A stretch of DNA of 63,023 nucleotides, filler included, from Salisapilia sapeloensis CBS 127946 (lineage: Eukaryota > Protista > Oomycota), in NCBI GenBank assembly GCA_023334545.1. It is 7 parts of 7 records of this genome, joined end to end, with 100 filler letters (N's around TTAATTAATTAA, not from the genome) between each part and the next. Parts side by side here need not be neighbours in the genome. Positions count along the whole stretch, not along the records: positions 23,594 to 35,681 come from JAADVB010000417.1; positions 35,782 to 49,005 come from JAADVB010000398.1; 5 more parts are not named here. One strand, 5' to 3'. The translations under genes and the position numbers were made by a program. The notes below the pieces were generated by a model. The model did no database searches. It was given only the letters and a program-made list of their open reading frames with translations, and was not told the origin of the DNA. Below are positions 33,801 through 44,363 of this stretch, in pieces (the stretch's first letter is position 1; every line of letters begins with the position of its first letter).

Positions 33801-35527
33801 AGATATTTGATGGAGAGATCCGTCGTGCCTCAGGATTGGTGAGCTCAGAAGCGATAGATAGCGCTTGTGAAGTGGTTCTATTCACTAGCCAAGAAGACAT
33901 TTTACAACAGATTGAAGCGAATGACCCATTGGTCGCATCGACACTAACACGAGAGAAGGATCAAGAGGATAAAGTCTATGCTTTGCAAGAGCACGTTCAC
34001 AAATCTTTAGAATTGCATCGACCCAGAACGTCTGAGAAAGAAGACATTGACAAAGCGACTTCTCCTCAAGGCAACCAGAGAGATGGCGCCTCGCTTTCTC
34101 GTCACGATCGGCCGTTGACGGCAGCTATGCCACCACCGCCAACTTTATTGACAAACACGTCAAGTGGAAAATTAGCAGAAAGGATGCCTGTCCGTGAGCC
34201 TGAGCAACAGTCTCCAGTTACGACAAAGTCCGCTAGTGTATATGAAGAGTGTGATGCTAGTGCACTTGTAACTGGTCGAAAGATAGCAATTAGATTGCTG
34301 GAGACATGGGGAGATCGGGATTATATCGGATTAACACAGCTGGATGTTCTCGTCGGCGTACAGGGAACTCCATATTCACTGATGAAAAGTCATATTGATG
34401 CCACGCCTCGAGATTTGGTGACTCTTGGATATGTTGGTGATCCCAGGACAATTGATAAACTAGTCGACTGTGTCGGCACTACTTGCGACGATACACACAT
34501 GTGGCTCATACCCTTCACTTCTCGCCAAGAAATTCGAATTGACCTTGGCGAAGCACAGGCATTATATGGCCTGCGCATATGGAACTACAATAAGAATGCA
34601 GAAGATACATATCGAGGTGTAAAGCAGATTCAAGTTCTGGTAGATGACCGCGTTATATCGCCAGCAGAGACGGGGTATTTATTACGAAAAGCTCCTGGAC
34701 ATGTAGATTACGACTTTCACCAATTACTTCGTTTTGATCCAGCCTTTGTGGCCACATATGCCTCCAAGTTGCAATGTCCAATGAAGGCTTTAGCGTACAA
34801 GACGCCAATTGTGCGTCAGGACTATGAGCCATGGCTTTTACCGCAGGGATTCACCATTCGCTTGGTTTGTTGGACGACGTGGGGTGACCCGTACTACATC
34901 GGATTGGACGGTATTGAACTGTACAATGCAGATGGAGGTCGCCTGATTGAGACTCCTCATGTCATTACCGCCAACCCGTTCAATGTATCCGACTCGGATG
35001 CGCGCATACCGTCTAATCTACTAAGTGGTCGAGATAAAGCATCTTGCGATCCACAAGATACATGGCTGGCACCATTTGCCTCTTCGCTGAATGCTACTAC
35101 TGGCAATATTATCGAAATAGTATTTGATATTCCGGTACGACTATCGCTTATCAAGGTATGGAACTACAGCAAAACAGCGACGAGAGGTGTGCGAGATGTA
35201 TCAATCTTTGTGGATGATCACCTTGTGTACAGTGGCGAGATTCAGCGATGTCAAGGTGGAGGTGAGACTACTAGTGTAGCCTTACAGCGACAAGAAAAGC
35301 AAGTGATAATGAAGTACGCCCAGCCAATATTATTTTCGAGCTCCCAAGCCCAAGCAGATACGGTGAAAAGACAAATTGTTTACTGTGGTAATAAAACGCA
35401 AGACGTACTAGGTATTAATGAAGGGCAAGTTGCTTTGGAAGCAAGATCCTTGTATGAGAAGCCTGATCCGAGCGCCGAGGGTGTCTACATAGATATGGCA
35501 ATGCGACCAACAACTGCGCTCTGCTAA
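30857..35527 (+). CDS. KATNIP: KATNIP/KIAA0556 (DUF4457 repeats), a ciliary base protein; intronless
   Basis: N-terminal YIKMLEERNRMKK. Repeated modules I...TWGD.HYVGL.GIE, RIWNYNKS, WNYSKT..RGVR.. Confidence 0.88.
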   Translation: MSERKKWSKQPHFTPSNISTGGSTTDAVAEKQRQYIKMLEERNRMKKRLADKANTGKQQELQEREHAFTTTFNVPSTTQSTANLETKPQTAPRKPRTAASLLPTKLQDKDGSRSCRSAPLNPAQRTKARAKWSKPKGEIQVEHLAEDQGMAVLKFVDETEDQDGNEGGQADILEVEGQAPFEAEENDLSTRQFLDIEDEYMEEDFEDFEEEKQAIASAISNAEVAMPTQLAREETLEPVIEVPQRQLKLDPSETTSRLVDIIQKLSHSKQERLMEVLDQFQSSEQDQDDVDVLRSSIDDPRLWKELNSTLFASPKRQCDQLETSGADVLRKTLAAEQAREEALAEERRAKEKMQEEEEKRLAMIKQLEDEERELEMLLEQKRQERLAQATQNEVVLPTHPSVLKVDKQIISPSKTLDKESPQPSLKSSELSEASKRKLSDLMLEIPFLERGGSSDTEVRIKLLSSWGGSKAIGLSRICCYDADGNEIVIDISTLRVYTTSTSVPLAPSHELVRTARRLCDRSDQTRDESKVWVGRLSDNGTLQIAFCTAFEPTKLCLWNYNGKLHGACARDVEVAINSKCVWIGSLPETYGGADENICTWIDLASSSKRSLQTSKPRVLSTARPRQDSDEIDAAGSDTARTEMSIDSNEKDGRDIGGGDMPLWLSSTRQLNSSGLLDPHEASNRPKRRSWESNDLSATDSDGRDNSRSLRRSQVRTQSRENDDAKVVPIMPESGHSRMNVSYDPAPSPRTPPYVSDDSLDLLNEKKDWNEVDRYNARQTGSDTYAISTGAPMDMNENLETSFTTSELLTRLRADPYASKRGLPFAMDEKPGISIPELPRGSGLLLEIFTTWGDSHYVGLNGIEAFNEHGELVQFRHPGRQVTANPHSINVLQEYDDDPRVPQNLVDGVNLTSDDRHMWLAPFSLGDVHSVTLSFEHECSISMVRIWNYNKSRTHTFRGARQVRLSLLRPKKGKYQGDMERMQIFDGEIRRASGLVSSEAIDSACEVVLFTSQEDILQQIEANDPLVASTLTREKDQEDKVYALQEHVHKSLELHRPRTSEKEDIDKATSPQGNQRDGASLSRHDRPLTAAMPPPPTLLTNTSSGKLAERMPVREPEQQSPVTTKSASVYEECDASALVTGRKIAIRLLETWGDRDYIGLTQLDVLVGVQGTPYSLMKSHIDATPRDLVTLGYVGDPRTIDKLVDCVGTTCDDTHMWLIPFTSRQEIRIDLGEAQALYGLRIWNYNKNAEDTYRGVKQIQVLVDDRVISPAETGYLLRKAPGHVDYDFHQLLRFDPAFVATYASKLQCPMKALAYKTPIVRQDYEPWLLPQGFTIRLVCWTTWGDPYYIGLDGIELYNADGGRLIETPHVITANPFNVSDSDARIPSNLLSGRDKASCDPQDTWLAPFASSLNATTGNIIEIVFDIPVRLSLIKVWNYSKTATRGVRDVSIFVDDHLVYSGEIQRCQGGGETTSVALQRQEKQVIMKYAQPILFSSSQAQADTVKRQIVYCGNKTQDVLGINEGQVALEARSLYEKPDPSAEGVYIDMAMRPTTALC

Positions 35528-35681
35528 TTATATTGAATTTAATGTTCTTCTGGTACAAAGTTTGTAGCAATAACGCTTTAGATGTTTCCAAGTGTAGCGT
35601 AACTCGCCCGAGGAGTACGATGTCCGGCTAGCACGAATCTCGATAGTCATCCTAGCTTGACTCGTGTCCGATTATGGGCCA

Positions 35682-35781
35682 NNNNNNNNNNNNNNNNNNN
35701 NNNNNNNNNNNNNNNNNNNNNNNNNTTAATTAATTAANNNNNNNNNNNNNNNNNNNNNNNNNNNNNNNNNNNNNNNNNNNN
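35682..35781. other. Artificial contig spacer
   Basis: 44 N + TTAATTAATTAA + 44 N. Confidence 0.97.
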
Positions 35782-35969
35782 TCGTATGCTACTGTGTCAT
35801 GTCTTGGCGGAGAATCGTGTCGAGCGTATCATCAGAAGCCCTTCAGGTTGAAGCTGTATTCGATTTACTTGCAACATTGAGCTCTTCGTCATTTCAATGG
35901 GACGGTGTACAGTGAGAGTCGCAAATATTGATCAATTATGTCATCCACCCCTGTACTACGTCTGTTCCC

Positions 35970-36420
35970 AAATAATAGCGAAGAGCTAACTAGCGCAAGT
36001 AAAGCGAAAAGCCCACTGAGTCATTCGCGCGCTTTTTCAAATTTGCACATTTCGAGCACCAGGCGTAACTTGAAGTCTTCTCGAAGAGTGTTTCATCCCG
36101 ATTGCATCAGAGACGAACGCTCATTTGCTCTTGTACTCCTCGTTTGATGGAAAACCTATATTGAAGTGCCACGGTAAGTTTCCAATGGCAAGTAGCAAAG
36201 AAAATGGACGATTCTCAGCGTACACGGAATTGCCCAATTCGATTATCATAAATAGAATCACAAAATGCGAATCCGCAATTATGCTAAATTGGTATTTAGC
36301 GCGAACACGACCTGATATATGATAAACAATTAGTTTTTGTATCGACTTGTATTTCTTAGCTTCGCTTTTTATGTACAACTTAATTAGTCGTAGCATTAAA
36401 AAGATGGTAGATGCTTGCAT
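35970..36420 (+). mobile_element. Decayed Ty1/Copia RT relic, same family as 111-1010 (may extend to about 36720)
   Basis: KTYIE (36151-36165), KF.M, ESAI...WYLARTRPDI (36293-36319), then ALKR..R.L across a frameshift. Shares nucleotide blocks with 111-465, e.g. actagcgcaagtaaagcgaa, tcgcgcgctttttcaaat, tatattgaagtgc. Confidence 0.75.
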
Positions 36421-37092
36421 TCATATCGAACCAGTAACAATTGCTGCCTCTTAGAGTGGTGGCCAATCTTTTTTTTTAAAACTAGACAGAGAATTCCTGT
36501 CTAGTGTCGACATTTCGCGGGATTTATTCACGTTTTCTGTTGGCAACTACTCGCTCAATATAGCATTATAGTATCAGAGCAACTTGCCAATAATAGGCAT
36601 TGCCAATGGACAATGGCAATGGCATCAATATTGCCGTCACTTTTCCGTCCCATGCATAAAAATTTCTTAATAGAAATGACGCAAGACAGACGAGAAAGAT
36701 AAAACGCATTTTCGTATGAACCTTGAAAGGTCAATTGCATACTTAATTACAATCTTGATGTGCTGTTTTACTCTGCTTCTTATGATTACCTACGTATCGT
36801 ATAGAACATCAAATGGGATATATGGGAAAGTGAGACAGATAAGTAAACAACTACAAGCTCACATGTATTTTTTGTTTTGCGTATCAATCGTATCATCGAT
36901 CTAGTGATTTCATTTTGTTTACAGCAGACTAGGAACTGACCCATGTATGCTGTCCATTCAAGTCAATGATCTATTGCTATTCGACATTAATTAACAGTAT
37001 CTCAATGGTGTATGTGACACCACTAGAGCTTTCATTATGCAATTATATTCATCCGATGCAATCGATAAGAGAGATAGTCAACCAACATGAAG

Positions 37093-38182
37093 TTAAATCC
37101 GTCTCTTGTTCGTTTTCGAGAAACACTCGCCCCAGACGCACACATTTTTTCCTCGCAACATGTCTTCAAATTGCTCTCGCGTGAATACAGTTGAGCTTTT
37201 CGCTTCCTCTTCACTCATTTTCTTGCCCTCCACCTGCTCTTTCAACGCAGCATCTACCAACTCGGATGAAGAAGCAAGGTGATATTGCTGGAATGGGTAC
37301 ATCTCTCCTTCCGTCGGCATCACACGTTTCTCAGACGGAACCTGATACGTCTTCATTAAGCAGTCTGTGGCACTAGAGATGAGCAGTCGTGTAGTAAAAT
37401 AGATATCGACGCAACGTACCAATCAGACGTTCCAGTTTTTCTCTTGATAGCGAATCCTTATCATTGCCTTGGGCAGCGACGCTGTAGAGGCAATTCAGAC
37501 GCTCAGAGACTGCGCCTTTGACAGTCAATGCAAAGGCGGCAAGTAGTAAATCGACATCACATTTGCCATCCTCAGCACTCGTTTGAAAGAGACTTAGTAG
37601 CATGCGTTCAAGATGATACTAAGGGCAGGTATGACGTCAAGATCAGGATAAACGACGGACGATAAAGATGATTTTTACCGCTTTCTGGATGCCATTCGGA
37701 CACGCCTGCTGCAGTTTCCACCCCAAGTACATGTCAAAATCCTTCATAGAAGCCTTTCCGCTCGGGAATGCTTCTTTGACTCCCTTTCGAACGTCACCAA
37801 ATACTTCTGGCCTATAAACAGCATAAGTATACTACAAGTGATGACTATAATCATGCTTGTCATACGTAATTTCGTTGCTACTACGCAGCTCCCACGCCTC
37901 ATACGGTGCTAGCGGAGAGGAATCAATCAATGGGTTTTGCAACGCACCGAAATTCTTTTTGTTCTTCTGTCCACGATAGATGAAGAGTCCAATAGCGACC
38001 AAGACACCTCCCAATGTTACACCAGGATTACGACTAAACCATCCAGGCTTATGTTTCGACTCTCCACTTCCACCAGCATCATTGCCTGGCCCAGACGTAC
38101 TAGTGGACGAAGAAAACGTGCGATAATACGGCGTAGAAGCGCGAATAGAGCGCCTCGAGTGCTGCTGGATGCGTCTCCACAT
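37093..38182 (-). CDS. Hypothetical mitochondrion-targeted single-pass membrane protein with a degenerate EF-hand-like C-terminal fold; 3 introns
   Basis: Presequence MWRRIQQHSRRSIR..RTFSS, TM segment GVTLGGVLVAIGLFIY. Spliced exons give LLLAAFALTV.G.V.ERL..LY and end in VCVWGECF. Confidence 0.7.
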
Positions 38183-38431
38183 ATTATTGATACGTCGTGG
38201 TCAAGACTTGGTGTTTGAATCACTTGCGTTTTGTATGATCTTACGTTCTCCAAGCTCCACTGAATGCCCCATTTTCGACCGAACCTGGTGCGAGCAATCG
38301 GAGCTGTGAGGAGAGGGATGCAGCTGTAGCTAGTACAGAATTGGTCCAAGTAAAACATCTATCACTACATCTACATCCAACGTCCCGGTCGCTCGAATCC
38401 ATTGCAACAACAAGATACTTGATATATGAAC

Positions 38432-40479
38432 ATGTCAGAGCCACAAGCACTTTATCGGTAGATCCTGCGTCTAGATGGTACCACTCGATGGACGCACTGA
38501 TAAGCTTGATTATATGCACGTAGCCAAGTGCTGGAAGAGGAGAGACAAGTGAGAGAATTGATGCAGTCTCAAGGTATTGCTGCTCATGACACGACACAAG
38601 CTCGATTCCAGTATGCTCAAACCATTCCATCCCATCCGTCCATTTCTTAACATGAATACACTAGACTCTTGGCGACTGCACGTCAATTCGCCAATACAGA
38701 CCCGACGTTTGCAGCTACAAAAGAACTCGAACAAGGGCTATGGAAATCCTGTTTCTATAAACGCATCGAAGACTTTCGTCGACTCCTTCGACAAGTACCG
38801 TCTAACTCCATACGTACATGATCACCTTGTTAAACTCCGAGTAGAATGGCCAGTCGAACGGACAATCCGTCCGGCATGAGCTCCAGGCCTTGTTCCGAGA
38901 TGCTTCAGCTTTCTACGACCTCCTCCGGTCTCTCTATCAAGGGGCACTCGTATCTGCCATCCAGTCCGACGACGATGCATCCATCGAGGCGACGCGTCGT
39001 GGTCTCTACCGCTGTTTCATCTTCCTTGGAGACCTTTCTCGATATCGAGAACAGCATTCGACTCAGTCTAAGAAGCAGTTTGTCACATCTCACGGGTACT
39101 ACCGCCAAGCCCTCGCCATTCTTCCACAGCATGGCAACGCACATAACCAATTAGCTGTCCTGGCAACGTATAATGACGCTGAGACTGTTGCCATCTACCA
39201 CTACGCACTCAGTCTTTCTGTCCTCGGTCCAGAATTTCCTACTGCGATGGAAAATCTGTCACTCGTCTTTTCCAAAAGTAAACAAAAGCCACTCATATCG
39301 TTTCCCAAGTCTCTTCAATCATCGAAAGACAAGACGACTGGGTTAAAGAGTGTCTTGCAACGTATTAATCGTCTTCACGGCGCTCTCTTAAAGCACGTGA
39401 CTAGTGATGGTACACAAGATCGAGCGTACCCAGAAGACATGGTCCAGTCACTATGTCAAGACTTGAGTAAACTGTTGTATGCAAACGTCGTAAGTGACGT
39501 CTTGCTCGTGAAACTCATTGCCATCGGTCTGTTCCTGATCGAACGTGCGTTTCAAGGACAGAATGAGTCGAATCAAAGGAATACATTAAAACTAGCAGCT
39601 AGTCTCGTCGGTACGACGATGCATGCGATCGTACACAAGCTAGAGGAAGGTGTGGAAGTGTCGAAAGCGCTGCAGCACTTGCCTCCAGTCTTGATTTTCA
39701 TCGAATACTTGTACTATCATCCATCTATCTTGTCTAGTCGAGCCGCTATGGATGGAAATGACCGCTTCACGTCTATCTTCCAACGTCTATTGACGCATAA
39801 AGTCGTTGAGAATAGCGACGTCGAAGATGGTGTGAGCCCAGAGGTGCTACAGCTACGTGAACATGTCGAGTTGAGAGGATTTGCACCGATAAAGGAACTA
39901 TGGAAGGAGCATGCCGAATGGCGAGACGCGACGATGTTCTTGGACGAAGAAGCCATGAGTGTCTTGTATGATGAAAAGAATGTGGAAGTGAAGAACGACT
40001 GGAAACTACGTCTCCAAAGCTTGTTGCATATCGGTCGAGAGATGAGCAGACAGCATCCGACTTTGCTTGTTATCCCTCCATCGTCTTCGGAAGTGAAGAC
40101 GGAGAAGACGACAGAGATTAGTGTAGAGGATACAGGTGTCAGTCGTTGGAATTGGAAGGAATTGATGCAGGACAAGGATGATTGGCAAGAGACGGAAGAA
40201 GTGGGGGATGAAGTGGACGATGAAGTGATCGTCTTCCAACCGTTCCAGACACAAGTGATGCAGAGTACGTGGACGCAAAGTGTCGGAGAGAAGGAGTTGG
40301 AAGCTGTAGAACGAGCGAATCTGGAGTTTGCACAGAGACCATCGACTTTGCAGCCGTTGTTAAAGAGCATGCCAGCGAAACGGAAGAGTGATGGAAATGC
40401 AGACGAAAGCAATAAGAAGAGAGCACCGTCTGGACGAGATGATGTGTGGAATTCAACGAAGCAGCTCTTTAGCGGATGA
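38432..40479 (+). CDS. SMG7/EST1-like NMD factor (14-3-3-like TPR domain, no PIN domain seen); 3 short 5' introns
   Basis: Spliced MSEPQALYRQ...ELEQGLWKSCFYKRIE, CFIFLGDLSRY, YYRQA..ILPQHGNAHNQLAVLA, AIYHY..SL.V..FP.A.ENL. Confidence 0.85.
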
Positions 40480-40820
40480 TCAAGAAGAATGAAAGGAATA
40501 CGGATGGAGAATTAGACACTTCGAGTAGCATCTACCGAGGAAAAAAAGGTCGGAAGCGATGACAACATGGGCCAGAGCCAATCTGAAAACAGATTTTTTT
40601 CTTTTTCTTTTAGGTACACGTGTGGTACTAGATGCAGAATCTGAAGATAGTTGTCTGTTCTTTTCGGATGGTACACTTTGGGGTACCGTTGCTGGAATAT
40701 GGTACACATCTTGCTGGAGTACACTCATAGAATGTATTGACGTACTCAGAAACATACATTCTGAAAAATTGTCGAACTCGGACCGCCGGAACCATAACGA
40801 AAAGATCTGCTACGAGAAGA

Positions 40821-41835
40821 ATGGTCGATACGGTCAAGATCCTAGTTGGCATTGCTCATGTACTACTTACTCCTGATGCTAGCAATCTCTAGCATGTATT
40901 GACGTTGCGTTTTAAAATAGGTCGTACCGACGTTGGTCCTGCTGCTCATGGCAGTATGGATGGGCTCCGTCCTGACGTCGTACTCGACGGTCGATGGAGT
41001 CGTGCAAGCGAATGAAATGCACGGGTTCGCATGGGCAAAAGGAGAAGCCAAGGTGTTCAATTGGCACCCCTTGCTCATGACCTTCGGCTTTATCTTTTGC
41101 TCCTCCCAAGCCGCACTTGCCTACGTCTCTCTTCCATTCACGCATGACGTGAACAAGGTACATATATAAAGTACTAGCTTATCTTTGCATATCTAAAGAC
41201 TGTTCGAATGATTAGAAAATTCACATGACTTTGCATGGCATTGGAGCCGTGAGTGCTGTCATTGGTGCTGTCGCCGTCTTCCGCTTCCACAATGAGCATA
41301 ACATCACCAACCTCTACAGCTTACACAGTTGGCTAGGATTGCTCACTGTCATTATGTTCGTTGGCATGGTATGCTTCCTCCTTACCTTAGCAGTATTTAC
41401 TTGTACTGAGTATACGCTAGTACATCTTTGCCTTCACCGTCTTTTACTACCCTGGCGCGAGTGCGTACAACCGTGCGAACATCAAGCCTTTACATATCGG
41501 ATACGGTCTGTCTATCGTCGGTCTCATCTTGCTTACTTCAGGTACTTTCTACCATGTATAACATCCTAACTACTAAGACTAAGGTGCATGTACTAGCGAC
41601 GGGGGTGTTGGAGAAACTTTCGTTCAACGGCAGTTGCAACATCTCTGGTAACTTGGATGGTAACCAAGTGAAAGGATACATGGCGTGGGACTGTGTGCTT
41701 GGGAACTCGATCGGTGTGCTCATTGCCTTGACACTTCCAGTCGTCGTCGGTGGCGTCTACGTTGCTAAGCAGACGCAAGGAACGATGAAGTCGTATGAAG
41801 AGGAAACTCAGCCTCTGATTGGAAGTCAGCAATAA
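40821..41835 (+). CDS. Cytochrome b561 (ascorbate-dependent ferric reductase family); 4 introns
   Basis: FNWHPLLMTFGF, IHMTLH, AVFRFHN...NLYSLHSWLG, with a fourth His in H...G. Confidence 0.9.
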
Positions 41836-41900
41836 ACTCAAGAAGTTGATTGGAATCGTACGAGAGAAAAAAAATGAATGGAATACTTTCAGCTATGAAA

Positions 41901-44250
41901 TTAAATCTGATCCAGTTGCGAACGAATGCGTTGCACGACTGCATGCCCTTCTTCTCCTTCCACCTGATGCTCGAGGACTTGCAGGATCTCATGGAAAGCA
42001 CCCCAATGTGCCTTGACAGTCAATAGACTTCCACCATTCACGAGGTTCCAAACGACTTTGCAGACGACGACCGGCACATCAGTGTTCCCGACAAACGATG
42101 CCAGTTGCTTTAAAATGGTCAAGACCCCGTTACCTTCTTCCTCTTTTTTCCATTTCCAAACGATCCCATTCATACTTTCATCCAAGCAGCAGTTCATCAA
42201 GACACCAAGAGCTGCTAGAAGAGCTTCCGAAGTATCGTCGTCGTTCATATCGATACTAGAGAGAGCAGTCAGTAGAGCATGCAACGGTCTTTCCATCTCT
42301 TCATAAGAGTAGCTGTCGGTCGTGTAGTTAATGCCTCGACTCAAGTTGCCCAACGCCCTCAACGCCTCCGTCACGATCTCTGGGTTCTTCTCTTCTTGGA
42401 AGTTGGCCAGAGGAGGGAGGTACTGAATCAATCGCTTTCGATTCGAAAGACGTAGGAAATCGTATGTCGTCACTGGCATGGGACTTGTAGATGGTAGGTA
42501 GAACGACAGATTGGTGACGCAGCTCACGAGGTTTAGCAGAAGCTCTTCATGGCTTGTTCTTTCCATCAACTGTAGACACATATCCATCTCCGGTTGTTCG
42601 TTCATGGAGATAGCGATTGATGAGCTCATGGCTAGATTGGCTAATAGACGAATGAGCTTGACGAGTACGTCTGCGATGGTATCTACTTCCTCAGACTCGT
42701 CATCCTTGTACCATCCACCGTACACCTGCAGCAAGTGTAGGAGTGTCGGTAGTTTGGCACCAAGGATATCTCGATTACGTTCATTCCCAGCGCATAGGTT
42801 CCCCATGGTAAAGCATAGACGTAAAATCATGGAATGTTGTTGGGATAAAGAGGACGACTCATCACTTGGTGTCTCTAGCACGAGCCATGACGTCTGGGTA
42901 GAGTCCAGTAGGGACAACAAGGTATTCAGATTCATATCTGCATGTGCATTCACTTGTGCTCGGAAACGTTCATGGAGTGTCAACTTGCCAAAGATACGAG
43001 AGACGTTAACCATGAGCTCAGCATGATCTCGATACGTCGGGATTAAAGCACAAAGTTTTGGCAGGATGTCATTCGAAAGCAATTGCTTATGTGATAGAGT
43101 CTTGACGGTCGAGAGATGACGCAAGATAGCGGTAACTTGGATCAAAAGCTGCAAAACAAGGCTCGAGTTGTCTGGACAGGTCATCTGGAAGAGATGACAA
43201 CACGTTGGGATCATACCATAGGTAGCTAGCAACTGAAGCATTTGAGGAGAAGCGCTGGCAACGTTCTTTAGGGCGCCACAGAGGTACACAAGTGTCTTTA
43301 GATGGTTGGAAGAGGAAGGTGATGGCAACCTGGTAAAGAACGAGATACAGCTTTCGACCAAATGGATGTGGCAGAACAGCGTGTCGTTGACGCTGTCTTT
43401 ACTACAGCCAAAGACTAGCTTGGCGACTGGATCGAACGGATCAGATTGGCTATCGAAAGAACAGAGATCGAGGGCGTAGGGCGTGAGACGAATGACTGCT
43501 TCTGGACTAGCACTCCATTCTGTGGACAAGTTCTGTACCAGAGCATTGTACAGAGTGAGCTTGGACATCTGGATAGCAACGTCACCGACCCCACTGGCGA
43601 TACTCTTGACGTACTTCTGTAACGTCTTTTGCAGATCATCTACCATTTCCGGAGACGCTTCAAGTGTCGAACGATCGAGCTGCTTGATCATTTGAATAGC
43701 TGTCATTTCCAGCTGCTCTGTACCGACCTATGTATCGTGAGATAGCTGTCAGATGATGTATTCTATATGCACTCACATTGTCTGCATTCATAAGAACCTG
43801 AACGGATTCTTCTACTATCGTGCGAGCAGAATCAACCTGTCCTTCGGACACTCGCTCACCTTGTAGGGTCGCATCTACTTTGTCTGCATCTAACTCTTCT
43901 TCACGATCCTCTTTTTGAACGACAGGTTTGGAGTCATGATACACCACCGGGACGGAGCTACTGCTGCTATTTGGAGGTGAAGGTGGAGCTTTCACTCTAT
44001 CTTCACCAGCAAAAAGCTGTCTACCTACAAGTACATGAGTAGACTCTTCCAAAGTTAGAAGACACTATAAAACCAAGACGAACGAGAGGTATTGGGTGTG
44101 AACGGACGAGATGGCTTGGATAACGATGCTCTCGCCTACAAGCACCAGACATAATAAGCATTCTACCTGCTTCATTATATATTCATAAAACTTATTTAAT
44201 ACTTCAGAAAGCACTCGAGCGATGCCATGGGGTGGAAAGCTCGCTTCCAT
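41901..44250 (-). CDS. ARMC2: Armadillo repeat-containing protein 2 homolog (ciliary); 2 introns near the 5' end
   Basis: YLCGALKN, NVSRIFGKLT, RLCFTMGNL...N..NR, VLVKLIRLLANL, EELLLNLVSCVTNLSFY, EALRALGNLS. Confidence 0.75.
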
Positions 44251-44363
44251 TTTCTCTTGCGACTGTGGGACGAAAACGAGGTTCGCATCGTTTCAAGATA
44301 CTTCCTAACCGTTAGGACTTGTTACGATACGAACTTTATCATTTCGATCTCGACAGCATCAGC

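Noticed and set aside
36481-36505. Hairpin ACTAGACAG-AGAATTC-CTGTCTAGT as a Helitron 3' end
   Set aside because: Not the GC-rich hairpin followed by a separate CTRR terminus, and there is no second copy in the window.
36569-36580. TAGTATCAGAGC, an 11/12 match to the tRNA-iMet primer-binding site
   Set aside because: It lies downstream of RT motifs rather than after a 5' LTR, and about 0.3 such matches are expected by chance in a window this size.
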